64,000 bases of DNA from Octopus vulgaris (Eukaryota): positions 51,708,001 through 51,772,000 of the forward strand of contig OX597822.1 in the NCBI GenBank assembly GCA_951406725.2. The letters are read 5' to 3'. The position numbers and the translations under genes are program-made. Below are positions 1 through 13,052 of the stretch, one piece after another (position 1 is the first letter of the stretch; the number at the start of each line of letters is the position of its first letter). The notes under the pieces are model-generated. The model made no database searches and was not told the origin of the DNA. It worked only from the letters and a program-made list of their open reading frames with translations.

Positions 1-560
1 TCTACTTTGAGTCCTGAGCTTCTCAGCCACTGATGGGATTTTGCAGATTTTGGGATTTCTTTTTTCCTGCTTTGTTTAACACCTGTATTTTCCATGAAGG
101 TATTTTTCTTGCCATCGTTTTATGACGATTCGTTGCTGTTCCAATTTTAGTTAGGATTTCAGTTGTTTTACAGCTTTTGTTGCTTCTTCTTTCTTTTTTT
201 CATAGTTGTTTGGTACTGTTACATCTTTTTTTGTATTTGTCAGCTGCTTAAATACTGAAAACAGTGTTTTGTTTCGTGTTTTGTGGCTATTTATATTAGT
301 TTTCCTTGCTTCTAAAGTAGGCACTTCTGTAGTCCTACGGAGGTTATATTTTTAATAGTTTTCTAGCTCTATAAAGTTTCTTACACCATTTGATACTTTG
401 TATTTATAACATTTGTATGCCAGATTCTGTGTGGTACATCCTAAATCATGTCATTATTTTTCTTGTTTTCCTATCTATTTTGATTAGATCATTTAGAGTC
501 CAGTTAAGAATTATGTAGTTGTAACTCATAACTGGGATGGCTAGAGTGTTGATACCTATT
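1..560 (-). mobile_element. Degraded R4/Dong-type LINE fragment (post-RT region)
   Basis: Visible similarity to 3300-3880 of this window (e.g. gtcattatttttcttgttttcctatctattttg); no intact ORF. Confidence 0.65.
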
Positions 561-2483
561 ATCTACTTTTTCGCATCGAGCTCTCAGTATTATGAACGGT
601 GAACAGCGAGAATTGCCAAAATTAATATATATATATTTATATTTCGGCAGATTCAAACATTTACATCTTAATCGCTGTTGCATTTCGTATTTTGGAGAAC
701 AACTTATCCTTTCAGACCAATGAATCTTCATAACACGTTCGTTTCATTAGTGTAAAGGGTTATCTAATGTTTCGGTGTTGTCGTGTCTCTTCAACCAAAG
801 TTAACTCAGGCTAATGAATTTCAGAGGAGTTTGCGAATCTTGTTTATAATTCAGCAAACAAATCTGTCAACCAATAGTAAATTCTCATGTTCACCATGAC
901 ATTCTTTATAGCGTGTAGTAAGTCACAAAACATATCGAAACATCGTGTGTCCCAAATTTCCTCTATACTAATGAATTGGCTGTGTAGTTACCACACATGC
1001 TTCTGAAAGGAGAATTTGCTTTCCAGGGAAAAAATTTCAACAGTGATTATTATATTTACATTCGAATCTGCCAGAATATATTAAGAATGAGTATGTCATC
1101 TTATTTAACAACGTTTTCAATGTTTTCCTTTGTTCTCACCTGGAGATACTATACCTCTCATTCTACAGTGTCTTCATTTTCCTTAGGAATAACAATACCT
1201 GGTGTTCTACATCAATCGCTTGGTCACATTCATTCGTTCACTTTTTTTCCATAAATTAAATTAATGTCTGTACTACTTCTCAGCTCTGAACAAATTATAT
1301 TTCCCACACAGTTTTCAATGAACAATTCTGCTGTGTTGTTGCCATTTTGTATTCTCTTTGTGCAAAGTTGTAGCATTCGCACACTATATGGCTAGTGCTT
1401 TAATCTTTTTTAGTTTTTCTTTGTCCATGAATTTTAGATAAGTTAAACAACTTTCTTATCGAAGAGGTATTTCACATAGATTGTTCTAAGTGTTTCACTT
1501 CGTATTGCATAGATTAATGCGTCTTCCAAAATTTACGTCTGAGTTTTACATCCGCTTTCGAGTTCCTCACTCTTTCATAGGATTACTCGTCTCACACAAA
1601 CTATTTACATATTTGAGTATACCTGCTCTATATTTTATTACTGACATCACACATGAGTTACTATCGTTTTTTGTCATTTAAATTTTGTCTTTAAAACCAA
1701 TTGTAATTTCCTCTTAATATTTTTTTCAAACACTTTCTACCATTTAAATCTCCTTTGATCTCATCAACCTTTAGTATTTTTAAATATCTATATCCATTCT
1801 TCTCTGTCATCTATTACATCACCGGTTGGAAACTCAATCTATTGACAGAATTTTTATTATTTTTATAATATATATGCGATATCTTTATTATTTTTATAAT
1901 AAATATGCGATATCTTTATTATTTTTATAATAAATATGCGATAATTTTTCCATTGAATACCATTCCTTTGCTTACATTAAACAGATGAACAGTTTAAACT
2001 AAAGAATCTAATTTTGCGATTTTCGAACAATCTATGGCAGTTCTTAATCAGTTTTTAGCGTTGTCAATGCCATCGGATCCATATACACTACAAACAGTCA
2101 TGGTGATATATTATATTAATTTTTTTTTAATTGAACTCCCTCACCACACTTCTGGTGTTGTCACTTCAGTCTTTCATCTGTGCATAATAGTTTTTGGTTA
2201 AGTGTTATCCTACTGGCTAAAACAAACAGTTACACGTACTCCCTTATCCAGTAGAGAGGTAATATATTTTAGGCTTTTCATAATATCGCCACCTCTGAAA
2301 ATGGTTCATCTCTGCGTTATCAACAAATAATTGAAATTTTGTGCCGCAGCTATTATCTTTATCACACCAGCATCTTATATTTATTTATATTCTTTATCAC
2401 ACTAACCTCTTATTTATTTACATTCTTATTGTGAATTGGATAGTATTTGCTCTTCTTCAAAGAAAGCATTTATACTTTCTAAC

Positions 2484-2544
<61 letters not shown>

Positions 2545-2554
2545 CATTATTATT
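2484..2554. repeat. (TTA)n microsatellite, the 3' tail/target array of the adjacent R4/Dong LINE
   Basis: Read directly; abuts the LINE 3' end. Confidence 0.95.
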
Positions 2555-4476
2555 CAGTAGTTTTATTTTTATAGCGTGCTTTCACTTCACTACCGAGCGC
2601 AGCTCTGTGTGCCTTAGGTATGTGCTGTGATTTGTTGTGATGTTCTGGTGGTTATTGTATGGAAAGTGTTCGGCGTAGGATGTTTGCAGTGCCTAGTAGT
2701 GCAATTTTCTGTATGTTATGTGTTTGTAAGTCCTGGTGTTTTTGTTATGTATTTTTCTGAATATTTTTTATCATGCCTAATGCACCTACTATGATAGGAA
2801 TTGTTTCTGTTTTTAGATTCCACATTCTGGTTACCACTATCTCCAGGTTTTTGTATTTTGAGAGTTTCTCCATTTCTTTTAGAGACACGTTGTCATCTGC
2901 CGGTATTGATACATAAATTAGAAAGCATTTTTTTCATAATCTCTGACATCTATATCTGGTCTGTTGGCCTTAATTTCTCTATCTGTGTGTATCGGCATAT
3001 CCCAGAGTATGGTTGCTTTCTCGTTTTCTGTGACCTTTTCTGGTGTGTGCCTAAACCATCTTTTTTCTGTTATTATTCCATAATGTTGGCATAGCTTCCA
3101 ATGTATGTAGGTTCCAACTCTGTCATGTCTGTGAATATATTCCTTCTTAGCCAGGACTGGGCAGCTAGAGATAATATGATTTATTGTTTCTTGTCCATCT
3201 CCACATATTCTGCAGTTACTTGTTATATTTCTTTTCATTACATGTTTTTGGTAATTTCTGGTGGGGAGGCTTTGGTCTTGTGCTGCAATTAAAAATCCCT
3301 CTGTCTCTGCTTTGAATCCTGAGATTCTTAACCATTGCTGGGATTTTTCTTTTTCTATTTCATTTGCATTTAGTTTAGTCCAGTATTTACCATGAAGGGG
3401 CTTTTCTTACCATCGTTTTATCATGGTTCGTTGCTGTTCTATTTTTAGTTTGGATTTCATTTGTTTTATAGCTTCTGTTGTTTCTTCTTCTTCTTCTTAT
3501 TCTTCTTCATATTTATTAGGTGGTATGATTTCTTGTTTGTATTTGTCAGCTTCCTTAAATACTGAGAACTGTTTTTTGTTTTGCTCGTGTTTTGCCGCTA
3601 TTTGTATCAGTTTTCCTTCCTTCTGAAGTAGATATATTTGCAGTCCTATGGTGGTTATTTTATAGTAGTTTTCTAGTTGTATAAGGCCTCTACCACCTTC
3701 CATACGTTATATATATATAGTCTTTCTATGTCAGATTTTGGGTGATGCATCCTAGATCCTGTCATTATTTTTCTTGTTTTCCTATCTATTTTGGTCAGTT
3801 CATTTAGTGTTCAGTTAAGGATATTGTAGCTGTAACTTATAACTGGGACAGCTAAAGTGTTAAAACTTATTATCTTGTTTTTAGCATTGAGCTCTGTTTT
3901 TAGTATTGATCTAACTCGTCTATAATATTCTTTTTTTATTTGCTCTTTCATTTGTGTGTGTTGTGTCTTATCTAGTTCATGGATTCCTAAGTATTTGTAA
4001 GTTTGGCTTTGGTCTAATTCTTTTATTTCATTGGTTTTATCTAGTGTGATGTTGCTACTCTTAACTAGTTTTCCTCTTTTCATGGTTACTTTGGCGCATT
4101 TTTCTAATCCAAATTTCATATGTATTTCTTTGGTAAATCTATGAACTGTCTTTAATAGTGTTTCCAGCTGTTTGTCATTTGCAGCGTATAGTCATCCATA
4201 TATAAAAGGTGGCTGATCGTTTTGCCGTAACATTTATATCCGCATCCAGTTCTATTTAGCATATCAGATAGAGGTGACAGTGTCAAGCAGAAAAGGAGTG
4301 GAGAGAGCGTGTCTCCCTGGAATATTCCTCTTCTAATGGGGATGTCTTTGGTTTTCATGAGTCTCTCTTTTGTTTGGAGCTGTCGCACTGTTTGCCATTT
4401 ATTCATAGAGTGCCCTATGAATTTTATTATTGTTGCTGCTACTTTGTTAATGGCTAGTGTTTCGAGGACCCATGTA
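2555..4476 (-). mobile_element. R4/Dong-clade RLE non-LTR retrotransposon, 3' part (distal RT, CCHC knuckle, restriction-like endonuclease), frameshifted
   Basis: ORF pieces 4152-4406 (RRGIFQGDTLSPLLF, HLLYMDD), 3811-4119 (MKFGLEKCAK, YKYLGI), 3497-3703 (EGGRGL) and 2918-3238 (CRICGDGQETINHIISSC, RHD, NRPDI); ends in (TAA)n. Confidence 0.9.
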
Positions 4477-4481
4477 TTGTT

Positions 4482-5683
4482 GGTTAAAATTTTTGGGTAA
4501 AATTTTCGAATACTTTTTGGGTAAAATTTCCGCTTAAAATTTTCGGGGAAAATTTTCGGAAAAGTTTTGGTAAAAATTTTCGAAAGATTTTTGGAGAAAA
4601 TTTTCGAAAAATTCTTGGGTAAAATTTTCGGTGAAAATTTTCGAGAAATTTTTGGAGAAAATTTTCGATGAAAATTTTCGAAAATTTTTCGAAAATTTTT
4701 GGCTCAAATTTTTCGAAAAATTTTTCGGTAAAGTTTCCGGTGAAAATTTTCGAAAAATTATTGGTGAAAATTTTCGGGTAAAATTTTCGTTGAAAGATTT
4801 CGAAAATTTATGGGTAAAATTTTCGGATAAAATTTTCGGAAAATTTCTGGATAATATTTCCGAAAAAATTTTAGGTAAAATTTTCGGTGAAAATTTTCGG
4901 AAAATTTTTGGGTAAAATTTTCGGTGAAAATTTTCGGAAAATTTTTGGTGAAAATTTTTTTGTAAAATTTTCGAAAACTTTTTGGGTAAAATTTTCGTTG
5001 AAAATTTTCGCTAAAACTTTTCGGTGAAAATTTTCGGGAAATTTTTGGGAAAAATTTTCGAAAAATTTTCGAGTAAAATTGTCGGTGAACATTTTCGAAA
5101 AATTTTTTGGGAAAACTTTCGAAAAATTCTTAGGTAAAATTTTCGGCGAAAATTTTAGAGAAATTTTTGGAGAAAATTTTCGAATTTTGTGTAAAATTTT
5201 CGGTGAATATTTGCCAAAAATTTTTGGGGTAAAGTTTCTTTGAAAATTTTGCAAAAATGTTCGGGTAAAATTTTACATAAAAATTTTAAAAAATTTTTTG
5301 AGAAAATTTTCGGTGAAAATTTTGGAAATATTTTTGGGGAAGATTTTCGTGAAGAGTTTCGAAAAATTTTTCGACAAAATTTTCGGTCAAAATTTTGCAA
5401 AAATTTTTGGGTAAAAGTTTCAGTGAAAATTTTTGGAAAAAAATTTCGGTATATACACATATATATACATATACAATATATATACATGAATACATATACA
5501 CATATATATACATATATATACACATACATATATATATATACATACATATACACATACATATATATATACATACATATACACATACATATATATGTATACA
5601 TACATATACACATACATACACACATACACATACATACAAACACATACACATACACACACATACATACAAACACATACACAGAC

Positions 5684-5714
<31 letters not shown>

Positions 5715-8700
5715 CACAGACATATATATATATACATACACATACGCAGACATATATATATATATACATACACATACACAGACATATATATATATATATA
5801 CATACACATACACAGACATATATATATATATACATACACATACACAGACATATATATCTACATACACATACACAGACATATATATATATACATACACATA
5901 CACAGACATATATATATACATACACATACCCAGACATATATATATACATACACATACACAGACATATGTATATACATACACATACACAGACATATATATA
6001 AATACATACAAATACACAGACATATATATATATATATAATATACACATACGCATAAAATTTTCGGTGAAAAATATTTGGGGAAATATTTCGAAAAAATTT
6101 CCGGTGAAAATTTTCGAAAAATATTTGGGTACAATTTTTGGTGAAAATTTTATAAAAATTTTCGGGGAAACTTTTGGAAAAATTTTCGTTGAAAATTTTG
6201 GAAAAATTTTCGTTGAAAATTTTGGGAAAATTTTCCTTGAAAATTTACGAAAGATTGGAAAAATCTTGGTGAAAACTTTGGAAAAATTTTCGAAAATTCT
6301 CGGCAAAAATTTTCGTAAAATTTTGGGGTAAAATTTTCGCGCAAAAATTTTTGGGGAAATTTTTCGAGAAAATTTTCGGTGAAAATTTTCAAAAAATTTT
6401 TAGGGCAAATTTTCGAAAAAGTTTTGGGAAAATTTTTCGAAAAGTCACAAGGCCAGCGGTGCCAAAATCACAAAGTATGGAAGGCCAGCGGTGCCAAAAT
6501 CACAAAGTATGGAAGGCCAGCGGTGCCAAAATCACAAAGGATGGAATGCCAGCAGTGCCATAATTACAAAGTTTGGAAGGCCAGCGATGCCATAATCACA
6601 AAGTATGGATTGCCAGCGGAGCCAATTTCACACAGTATGGAAAGCCAGCTATGCCAAAATCACAAACTTTTGGGGTAAAATTTTCGTTGAAAAATTTTTG
6701 GGGAAAATACATACACATACACAGACATATATATCTACATACACATACACAGACATATATATATATACATACACATACACAGACATATATATATCTACAT
6801 ACACATACACAGACATATATATATATACATACACATACACAGACATATATATATATACACATACACAGACATATATATATATACACATACACAGACATAT
6901 ATATATATACACATACACAGACATATATATATATACATACACATACGCAGACATATATATATATATACATACACATACACAGACATATATATATATATAC
7001 ATACACATACACAGACATATATATCTACATACACATACACAGACATATATATCTACATACACATACACAGACATATATATATACATACACATACACAGAC
7101 ATATATATATACATACATACACCGACATATATATATACATACACATACACAGACATATATATATATATACATACACATACACAGACATATATATATAATA
7201 CATACAAATACACAGAAATATATATATATACATACACATACACATAAAATTTTCGGTGAAAAGTTGGAAAATTTTCGGGAAAAATTTTGGAAAAAATTTC
7301 GGTTTTCGAAAATATTTGGGTAAAATTTTTGGTGAAAATTTTATAAAAATTTTCGGGGTAAAACTTCTGTGGAAAAATTTTCGTTGAAAATATTTGAGGA
7401 AAATTTTCGAAAATTTTCGAAAGATTAATGGTGAAAATTTTGGAAAAATTTTCGAAAATTTTCGGCAAAAATTTTCGTAAAATTTTGGGGCAAAATTTTC
7501 GCCTCAAAAATTTTTGGGGAAATTTTTCGAGAAAATTTTCGGTGAAAATTTTCGAAAAAGTTTTCGAAAATTTTTCGGTCACAAGGCCAGCGACGCCATA
7601 ATCACAAAGTATGGAAGGCCAGCGATGCCACAATCACAAAGTATTGAAGGCCAGCGATACCAAAATGACAAATTTTGGAAAAATTTTCGTGAAATTTAAG
7701 GAAGGCCACCGGTGCCATAATCACAAAGTATGCAAGGCCAGCAGTGCCATAATTACAAAGTTTGGAAGGCCAGCGATGCCATAATCACAAAGTATGGATT
7801 GCCAGCGGAGCCAATTTCACACAGTATGGAAAGCCAACTATGCCAAAATCACAAACTCTTGGGGTAAAATCTTCGTTGAAAAATTTTGGGGGAAAATACA
7901 TACACATACACAGACATATATATCTACATACACATACACAGACATATATATATACATACACATACACAGATATATATATATCTACATACACATACACAGA
8001 CATATATATATATACATACACATACACAGACATATATATATACACATACACAGACATATATATATACACATACACAGACATATATATATATATAAAAATA
8101 CACATACACAGACATATATATATATACCTACACATACACAGATATATATATATATACACATACACAGACATATATATATACACATACACCGACATATATA
8201 TATACATACACATACACAGACATATATATATATACATACACATACACAGACATATATATATATACATACACATACACAGAAATATATATATATACATACA
8301 CATACACAGAAATATATATATATACATACACATACACATAAAATTTTCGGTGAATTTTTTTAAAATTTTTGGTGAAATTTTCGAAAATTTTCCCGAAAAT
8401 TTTTTTCAAAATTTTCACGGAAAATTTTGGAAAAATTCTCGGATGAAAATTTTGAAAAAATCTTTGGGGAAAATTTTCGAAAAATTTTCGGTGAAAATTT
8501 AAAAAAATTTTTTTTAGGTAAAATTTTCTAAATATTGTTCGTGAAAATTTTGAAAATTTCTTGCGTAATATTTTCGGTGAAAATTTTCGAAAAATTTTTG
8601 GAGAAAATTTCCGAAAAATTTTTGGGTAAATTTTCGAAAAATTTTTGGGTAAGATTTTCGAAAAATTGTTGGTGAAAATTTTTTGGGTAAAAATTTTGAA

Positions 8701-9186
8701 AATTTCTTCGGTAAAATTTTCGAAAATATTTGGGTAAAATTTTCGGTTAAAAATTTTCGAAAACTCTTTGGGTAAAATTTTCGGTGAACATTTTCGACAA
8801 ATTTTTGGGGAAAATTTTCGAAAAATTCTCGGGTAAAATTTTCGAAAATTTTTTAGGTAAAATGTTCGCTGAAAATTTTCGAAAATTTTCCCCAAAAATT
8901 GTTGGTGAAAATTTTTGGGTAAAATTTTCGAAAAATTTCTGGGTAAAATTTTCGAAAAATTTTTTGAGAAAATTTTCAAAACATTTTTGTGGAAAATTTT
9001 CGAAAATTTTTCGGGTAAAATTTTCGGCCAAAAAATTTTCGAAAAATTGTTAATGAAAACTTTTGGGTAAAATTTTCCGTGAACATTTTCGAAAAATTTT
9101 TGCGTAAAACTTTCGGTGAAAATTTTCGAAACTTCTTTGGGGAAAATTTTTTAAAATTTTTTGGGAAAATTTTCGGCAAAAATTTG
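4482..9186. repeat. Composite satellite: GAAAATTTTC-type blocks, (CA/TA)-rich minisatellite blocks and 32-bp repeat blocks, with a ~1.19 kb higher-order period
   Basis: A4T4 blocks at 4482-5449, 6054-6444, 7246-7578 and 8341-9186; cacatacacagacatatata blocks at 5450-6053, 6707-7245 and 7897-8340; tcacaaagtatggaaggccagcggtgccaaaa repeats at 6445-6665 and 7579-7855. Equivalent positions 6573 and 7762 are 1189 bp apart. Confidence 0.92.
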
Positions 9187-9189
9187 GTT

Positions 9190-10445
9190 GTTCGTTCGCC
9201 GACCGTTCGTGACGGCTAGGTTTATGCTGTTTATAATTGGTGTTGTTGTTTCGTCTATTTTGATTCTTGGGAGGTATGATCGGTGGTCCATTTTGAGCTT
9301 ATTTTACTTTTTATATTATCATAATCATTAGGCTCCCTTTCGTTGTTTCCAGGTTTTAGCTTTGTGTCGCTTTCTTTCTTATTTATATGTTTGTTTGCCG
9401 TGTTTTGGCTTGCTGTTTGTCGTGTATTATTATGCATCCTTATGGTCTGGGTTTGTTGTTTTTTGTTTACATCGTGTTTGTTGGGAATGTTACGTTTGTC
9501 TTCGTGTTTTACTGTGTCAGTGTTTATATTATTGGGCATTGTTGTGTGGCTTCTATCTACATTTTCCTAGTGTATTTTTTCTTTTAGATGTTCTATTTCT
9601 ATTTCTGATATTTTTTTGCGTTGAGAATGTATCTTCGTACGTTAGCTAATTTATTAGGGTTCATTGAGTTATCCAAGACTATATTTATGTTATTTTCCTT
9701 CCATATTTTATATGTATGTGTTGTTTCATTTTTTGGGTAGAGCACTGTTGTGAAGTATGCGTGTAAGATAGAAATGTATTCCTCACGTGTCCATTTATGT
9801 CTTTTGGGTTTTATTTGCGGGACATGAGGAACAACGTCCGGCCCATTATTTTGACGGTTGTCATTTTCGTAGGGTACCGGTTCGTTCCTTTCTGTTGTCA
9901 CATTTTTTTGCACGTGTAGTTTTTCGTACATTTTGTGTTGTAAGTTTAAAGTACGTACCTCTCGATTGTTATTCTTGGGTTGAATAATATCGGTGGCATT
10001 TAATTTCTTCGTAGTTTCTTTGTACATGGTATTTGGGGTCGGGAATGATGTGGTGTCGATGGATCGTAATGTTTCACGCATGTTTACATGTGTTGTGTTA
10101 GAAGTGGAGATGATATCGAGTCAAAATACATCATTTCGTTTCGAAAATAGTAATAAATTTCAGTTAGTATTACTTACTCGGATACAGTCCAATCCTTTGT
10201 TAGTAAATCTTTGGCTCCATACAATGTCCTTGTTTTCGATGTTTGTGGATAGATTTCGGAGCTCTGTTTTATCCTTCTTACGCCTTAAACGTCCCCGGTG
10301 TATCTCTTAATCGTCCCTCGGTGTATCTTCTTAAACGTTCCCCGGTGTATCTCTCTTAAACATCCCCCGGTGTATCTTCTTAAACGTCCTCCGGTGTATC
10401 TTCTTAAACGTCCCCCGGTGTATCTTCTTAAACGTCTCCCAGTCT
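9190..10445 (-). mobile_element. R4/Dong-clade LINE, 5' part (5' UTR repeats and N-terminal myb-like region)
   Basis: ORF 9599-10081 has KRHKWTREEY...YKIWKE...NKLANVRRYIL, resembling the N-terminus of R4/Dong ORFs; bounded by (TTA)n at 10449-10493; same strand as 2555-4476. Confidence 0.75.
10284..10441. repeat. About 7 tandem copies of a 23-25 bp unit (cttaaacgtcccccggtgtatctt) in the LINE 5' UTR
   Basis: Read directly; contiguous copies with no spacers. Confidence 0.9.
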
Positions 10446-10446
10446 A

Positions 10447-10448
<2 letters not shown>

Positions 10449-10493
<45 letters not shown>

Positions 10494-10755
10494 GTGGTTG
10501 TTGTTGTTGTCGTCGTTGTTGTTGTTGTTTCTGCTGCTACAACAACAACTAATAATGATAATAATAATAGACGAAGAAGAAGAAGAAGAAGAAGAAGAAG
10601 ATGAAGAAGAAGTTAAAGATGAAGAAGATAAAGATGAAGATGAAGAAGAAGAAGAAGAAGAAGAAGAAGAAGAAGAAGAAGAAGAAGAAGAAGAAGAAGA
10701 AGAAGAAGAAGAAGAAGAAGAAGAAGAAGAAGAAGAAGAAGAAGAAGAAGAAGAT
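10449..10755. repeat. Compound microsatellite (TTA)n-(GTT)n-(ATA)n-(GAA)n
   Basis: Read directly; source of the poly-E/K/F ORFs. Confidence 0.95.
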
Positions 10756-10774
10756 GTTTGCGCACTGGATAAAA

Positions 10775-10930
10775 TGGCAAAATGCTTTATGTTCTGGCTT
10801 TATGTTCTGAGTCCACGAAGGAATTTGCCTTTCATTCTTTCGAGGCCGATGAAATAAGTAAATGTCAAATACTGGACTCGATGTAATTGACAAAAATCCT
10901 CCGACAAGATTTTAGGCCATTGTGCCGATA
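10775..10930 (+). mobile_element. Degraded short interspersed repeat (SINE-like)
   Basis: tttgccttcattctttcgaggccgatgaaataagta...ctcgatgtaattgac; a related degraded copy lies at about 44120-44285. Confidence 0.45.
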
Positions 10931-12579
10931 ACAAGAACTATTTACGTGGGTGGTAATCGTTCTCACAGCGACGTTATTCTTCTCAACACTCATCTGGATC
11001 AACAAACAGACTATTATTTCGGTCTTTAACAATATCCGATTTATCAGCGGTGATGATTCTGTCTATGTACAGGAACCCCCCCAAATAATCGTTACATATT
11101 CTCTCTCAGTTACAGTCTCAGGTTGATTCTTATACCACTCATCGACAATTTAGATTGTTTAATGCCGACATATTAACCAGTGTAGGTTTTGGCCAACTCT
11201 GCTGTCTTGATTTAGTCAACCGGTTCTAAGCATTTTCAGTGTCTTCTTTAGATAGAAAATTTCATTTATATGTTTCGGAGTCATTTGGAGAAAATCACCA
11301 AGTCGATAAGAACAGGGAGTATCTAACGTGCAGTTTGATCAGTAATGCAATAAAATAACGTTTAGGGAATGTAACGATGAAGATTCCGGTACATGTATCG
11401 AATGCCTATATCACTTTCAGTGTTCCTGACATCCTGACTGTTTTGCTTTGTCTCTGTAAATATCTATAGAAGAGATGATCAAAGTACTTCTATTACAAAC
11501 AGCAATCTTGCGGGCTCTTGGGTTAAAGCATAACTGATTCCACATTTTAGTCTTATTCTGAAATGAATACACAACTTCTTGAAGATAGAGAAACTGTGAA
11601 AAGGTGGCAAAGCGAGACGTGTGTACTGTTGAACTCTTAAGATTCTAGATTTAGTGAGCGGCTGTTCTGGTACTCAGGCTTATTATTCTATCGTAACTAA
11701 AGAATATACTTCTTCGGTCGTTCGAATGATACCAATATACAGATCCACACATGAACATAGCTGCATATTTCAGATCCAAATCTAAATGCTGATCACAATG
11801 ATTCTTTGTGAATATCATACCACTCTAGACATTTGCTTCTGTCTCAGTCTTTCTGCAGAAGTATAAAGTAATTGTTCAGGAACTACAAGTATTTCCTTTA
11901 TCCGGACTTGTCAGGAATTTTACCTAATTCCAGAGGAAGACTTTAGAGTAAATGTAAGTCTATTTGAACATAAAATTGGAACAACAATCAAATTAACAAA
12001 TGAACTAAGTAACAATACGATTTCGTAAAAGCGTTGCAATTATTTTAATTTAATTTCTATCAAATTATTAGTCATAACAACGAAGAAATAGCAAAGGTGA
12101 TTTTATCGAAATCTATTTATTCTAACACTGGTAAGGGAAAATCGATCAGTGGAGAAAATATTAAAAGAAGACTTTATTGTCCTAGAGCTACAATATTTGC
12201 TATAGATGATCTTTGGCCCGAAAATGGACGTTAGTAATTGAGGAATTTAAACATTTCAGCTGTCCACTAAAAGTTTATCTCAATATTTACACGAACTGCT
12301 ATTCGTTGTCAGTGAAGTTTTTGCATACATTCCTGAATGAAGCCATATTTCACGAGAATTGATCATACTTAATGCCATACGCTACCACTTATTAAGGAAT
12401 ATGTGATAAAAATATAAAAGGGAGCCTATAACTACACACCTACAGCTTGGATTTCGAGAATGTGTGATATATATATATATATATTTAAAAAACAGAGTAA
12501 AAAACAAGAAAAACCAACAACGTGAGGACGTGGCAAATGTAAAGTAACAATAAGACGCTCAGAGAAAGAGAAGACTTGT

Positions 12580-12616
12580 TGTTTTATGTTTCGAGTATAG
12601 CTCTTCGTTGGAAACA
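12580..12616 (-). ncRNA. Degenerate minimal type I hammerhead ribozyme at the PLE end
   Basis: Minus strand: UGUUU CCAACGA AGAG CUAUA CUC GAAAC AUA AAACA. Stems I and II are intact; the core is mutated. Confidence 0.55.
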
Positions 12617-13052
12617 GGAAACATAAGAAATTCCAAAGGAAAATGAATAAGAATAAACGCCACCAGTCCACGTGTAGTGTCAGTTTTTAAATGACCGGAA
12701 GTAGAAGGACAAAGAGAAAGTGCTTTCTGGGACAGGTGTGAAAATAGATGGTATCTGTGTGTCAGTGTGTGTGCGTGGGTTTGGTGGCATGTGTGTGTGT
12801 TATAGCGTGTGTATGTATGGTAGTGTGTGTATGCGTCTGCATGGTAATATGTGTGCGTGTGGTGGTAACAGTGAGTGTAATGCCATAGAGATCAACAGTT
12901 ATTGTGACAGGTATGTGTATGGGTGGGTGTGGAAGTGTGTATGTGTGTGTATGCACGCGTATGGGTATGTGTCTATCATTTTGTGTCATTCTGTTGCTCT
13001 CTTTCTCTCTCTCAATATAAATATGTGTGTATCTATCACTATGTGTCACTCT

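Noticed and set aside
1853-1945. Three ~32-bp tandem repeats
   Set aside because: Ordinary slippage duplication in degraded AT-rich sequence.
4631-9179. Long ORFs (up to 383 aa) rich in KIF/ENF and YI/HT/CV
   Set aside because: Translations of satellite and dinucleotide repeats, open in many frames on both strands.
10284-10441. CRISPR-like 24-bp repeats (also the 32-bp repeats at 6445-6665 and 7579-7855)
   Set aside because: Contiguous copies without unique spacers, no cas genes, eukaryotic context.
10492-10893. Poly-Glu, poly-Lys and poly-Phe ORFs
   Set aside because: (GAA)n microsatellite.
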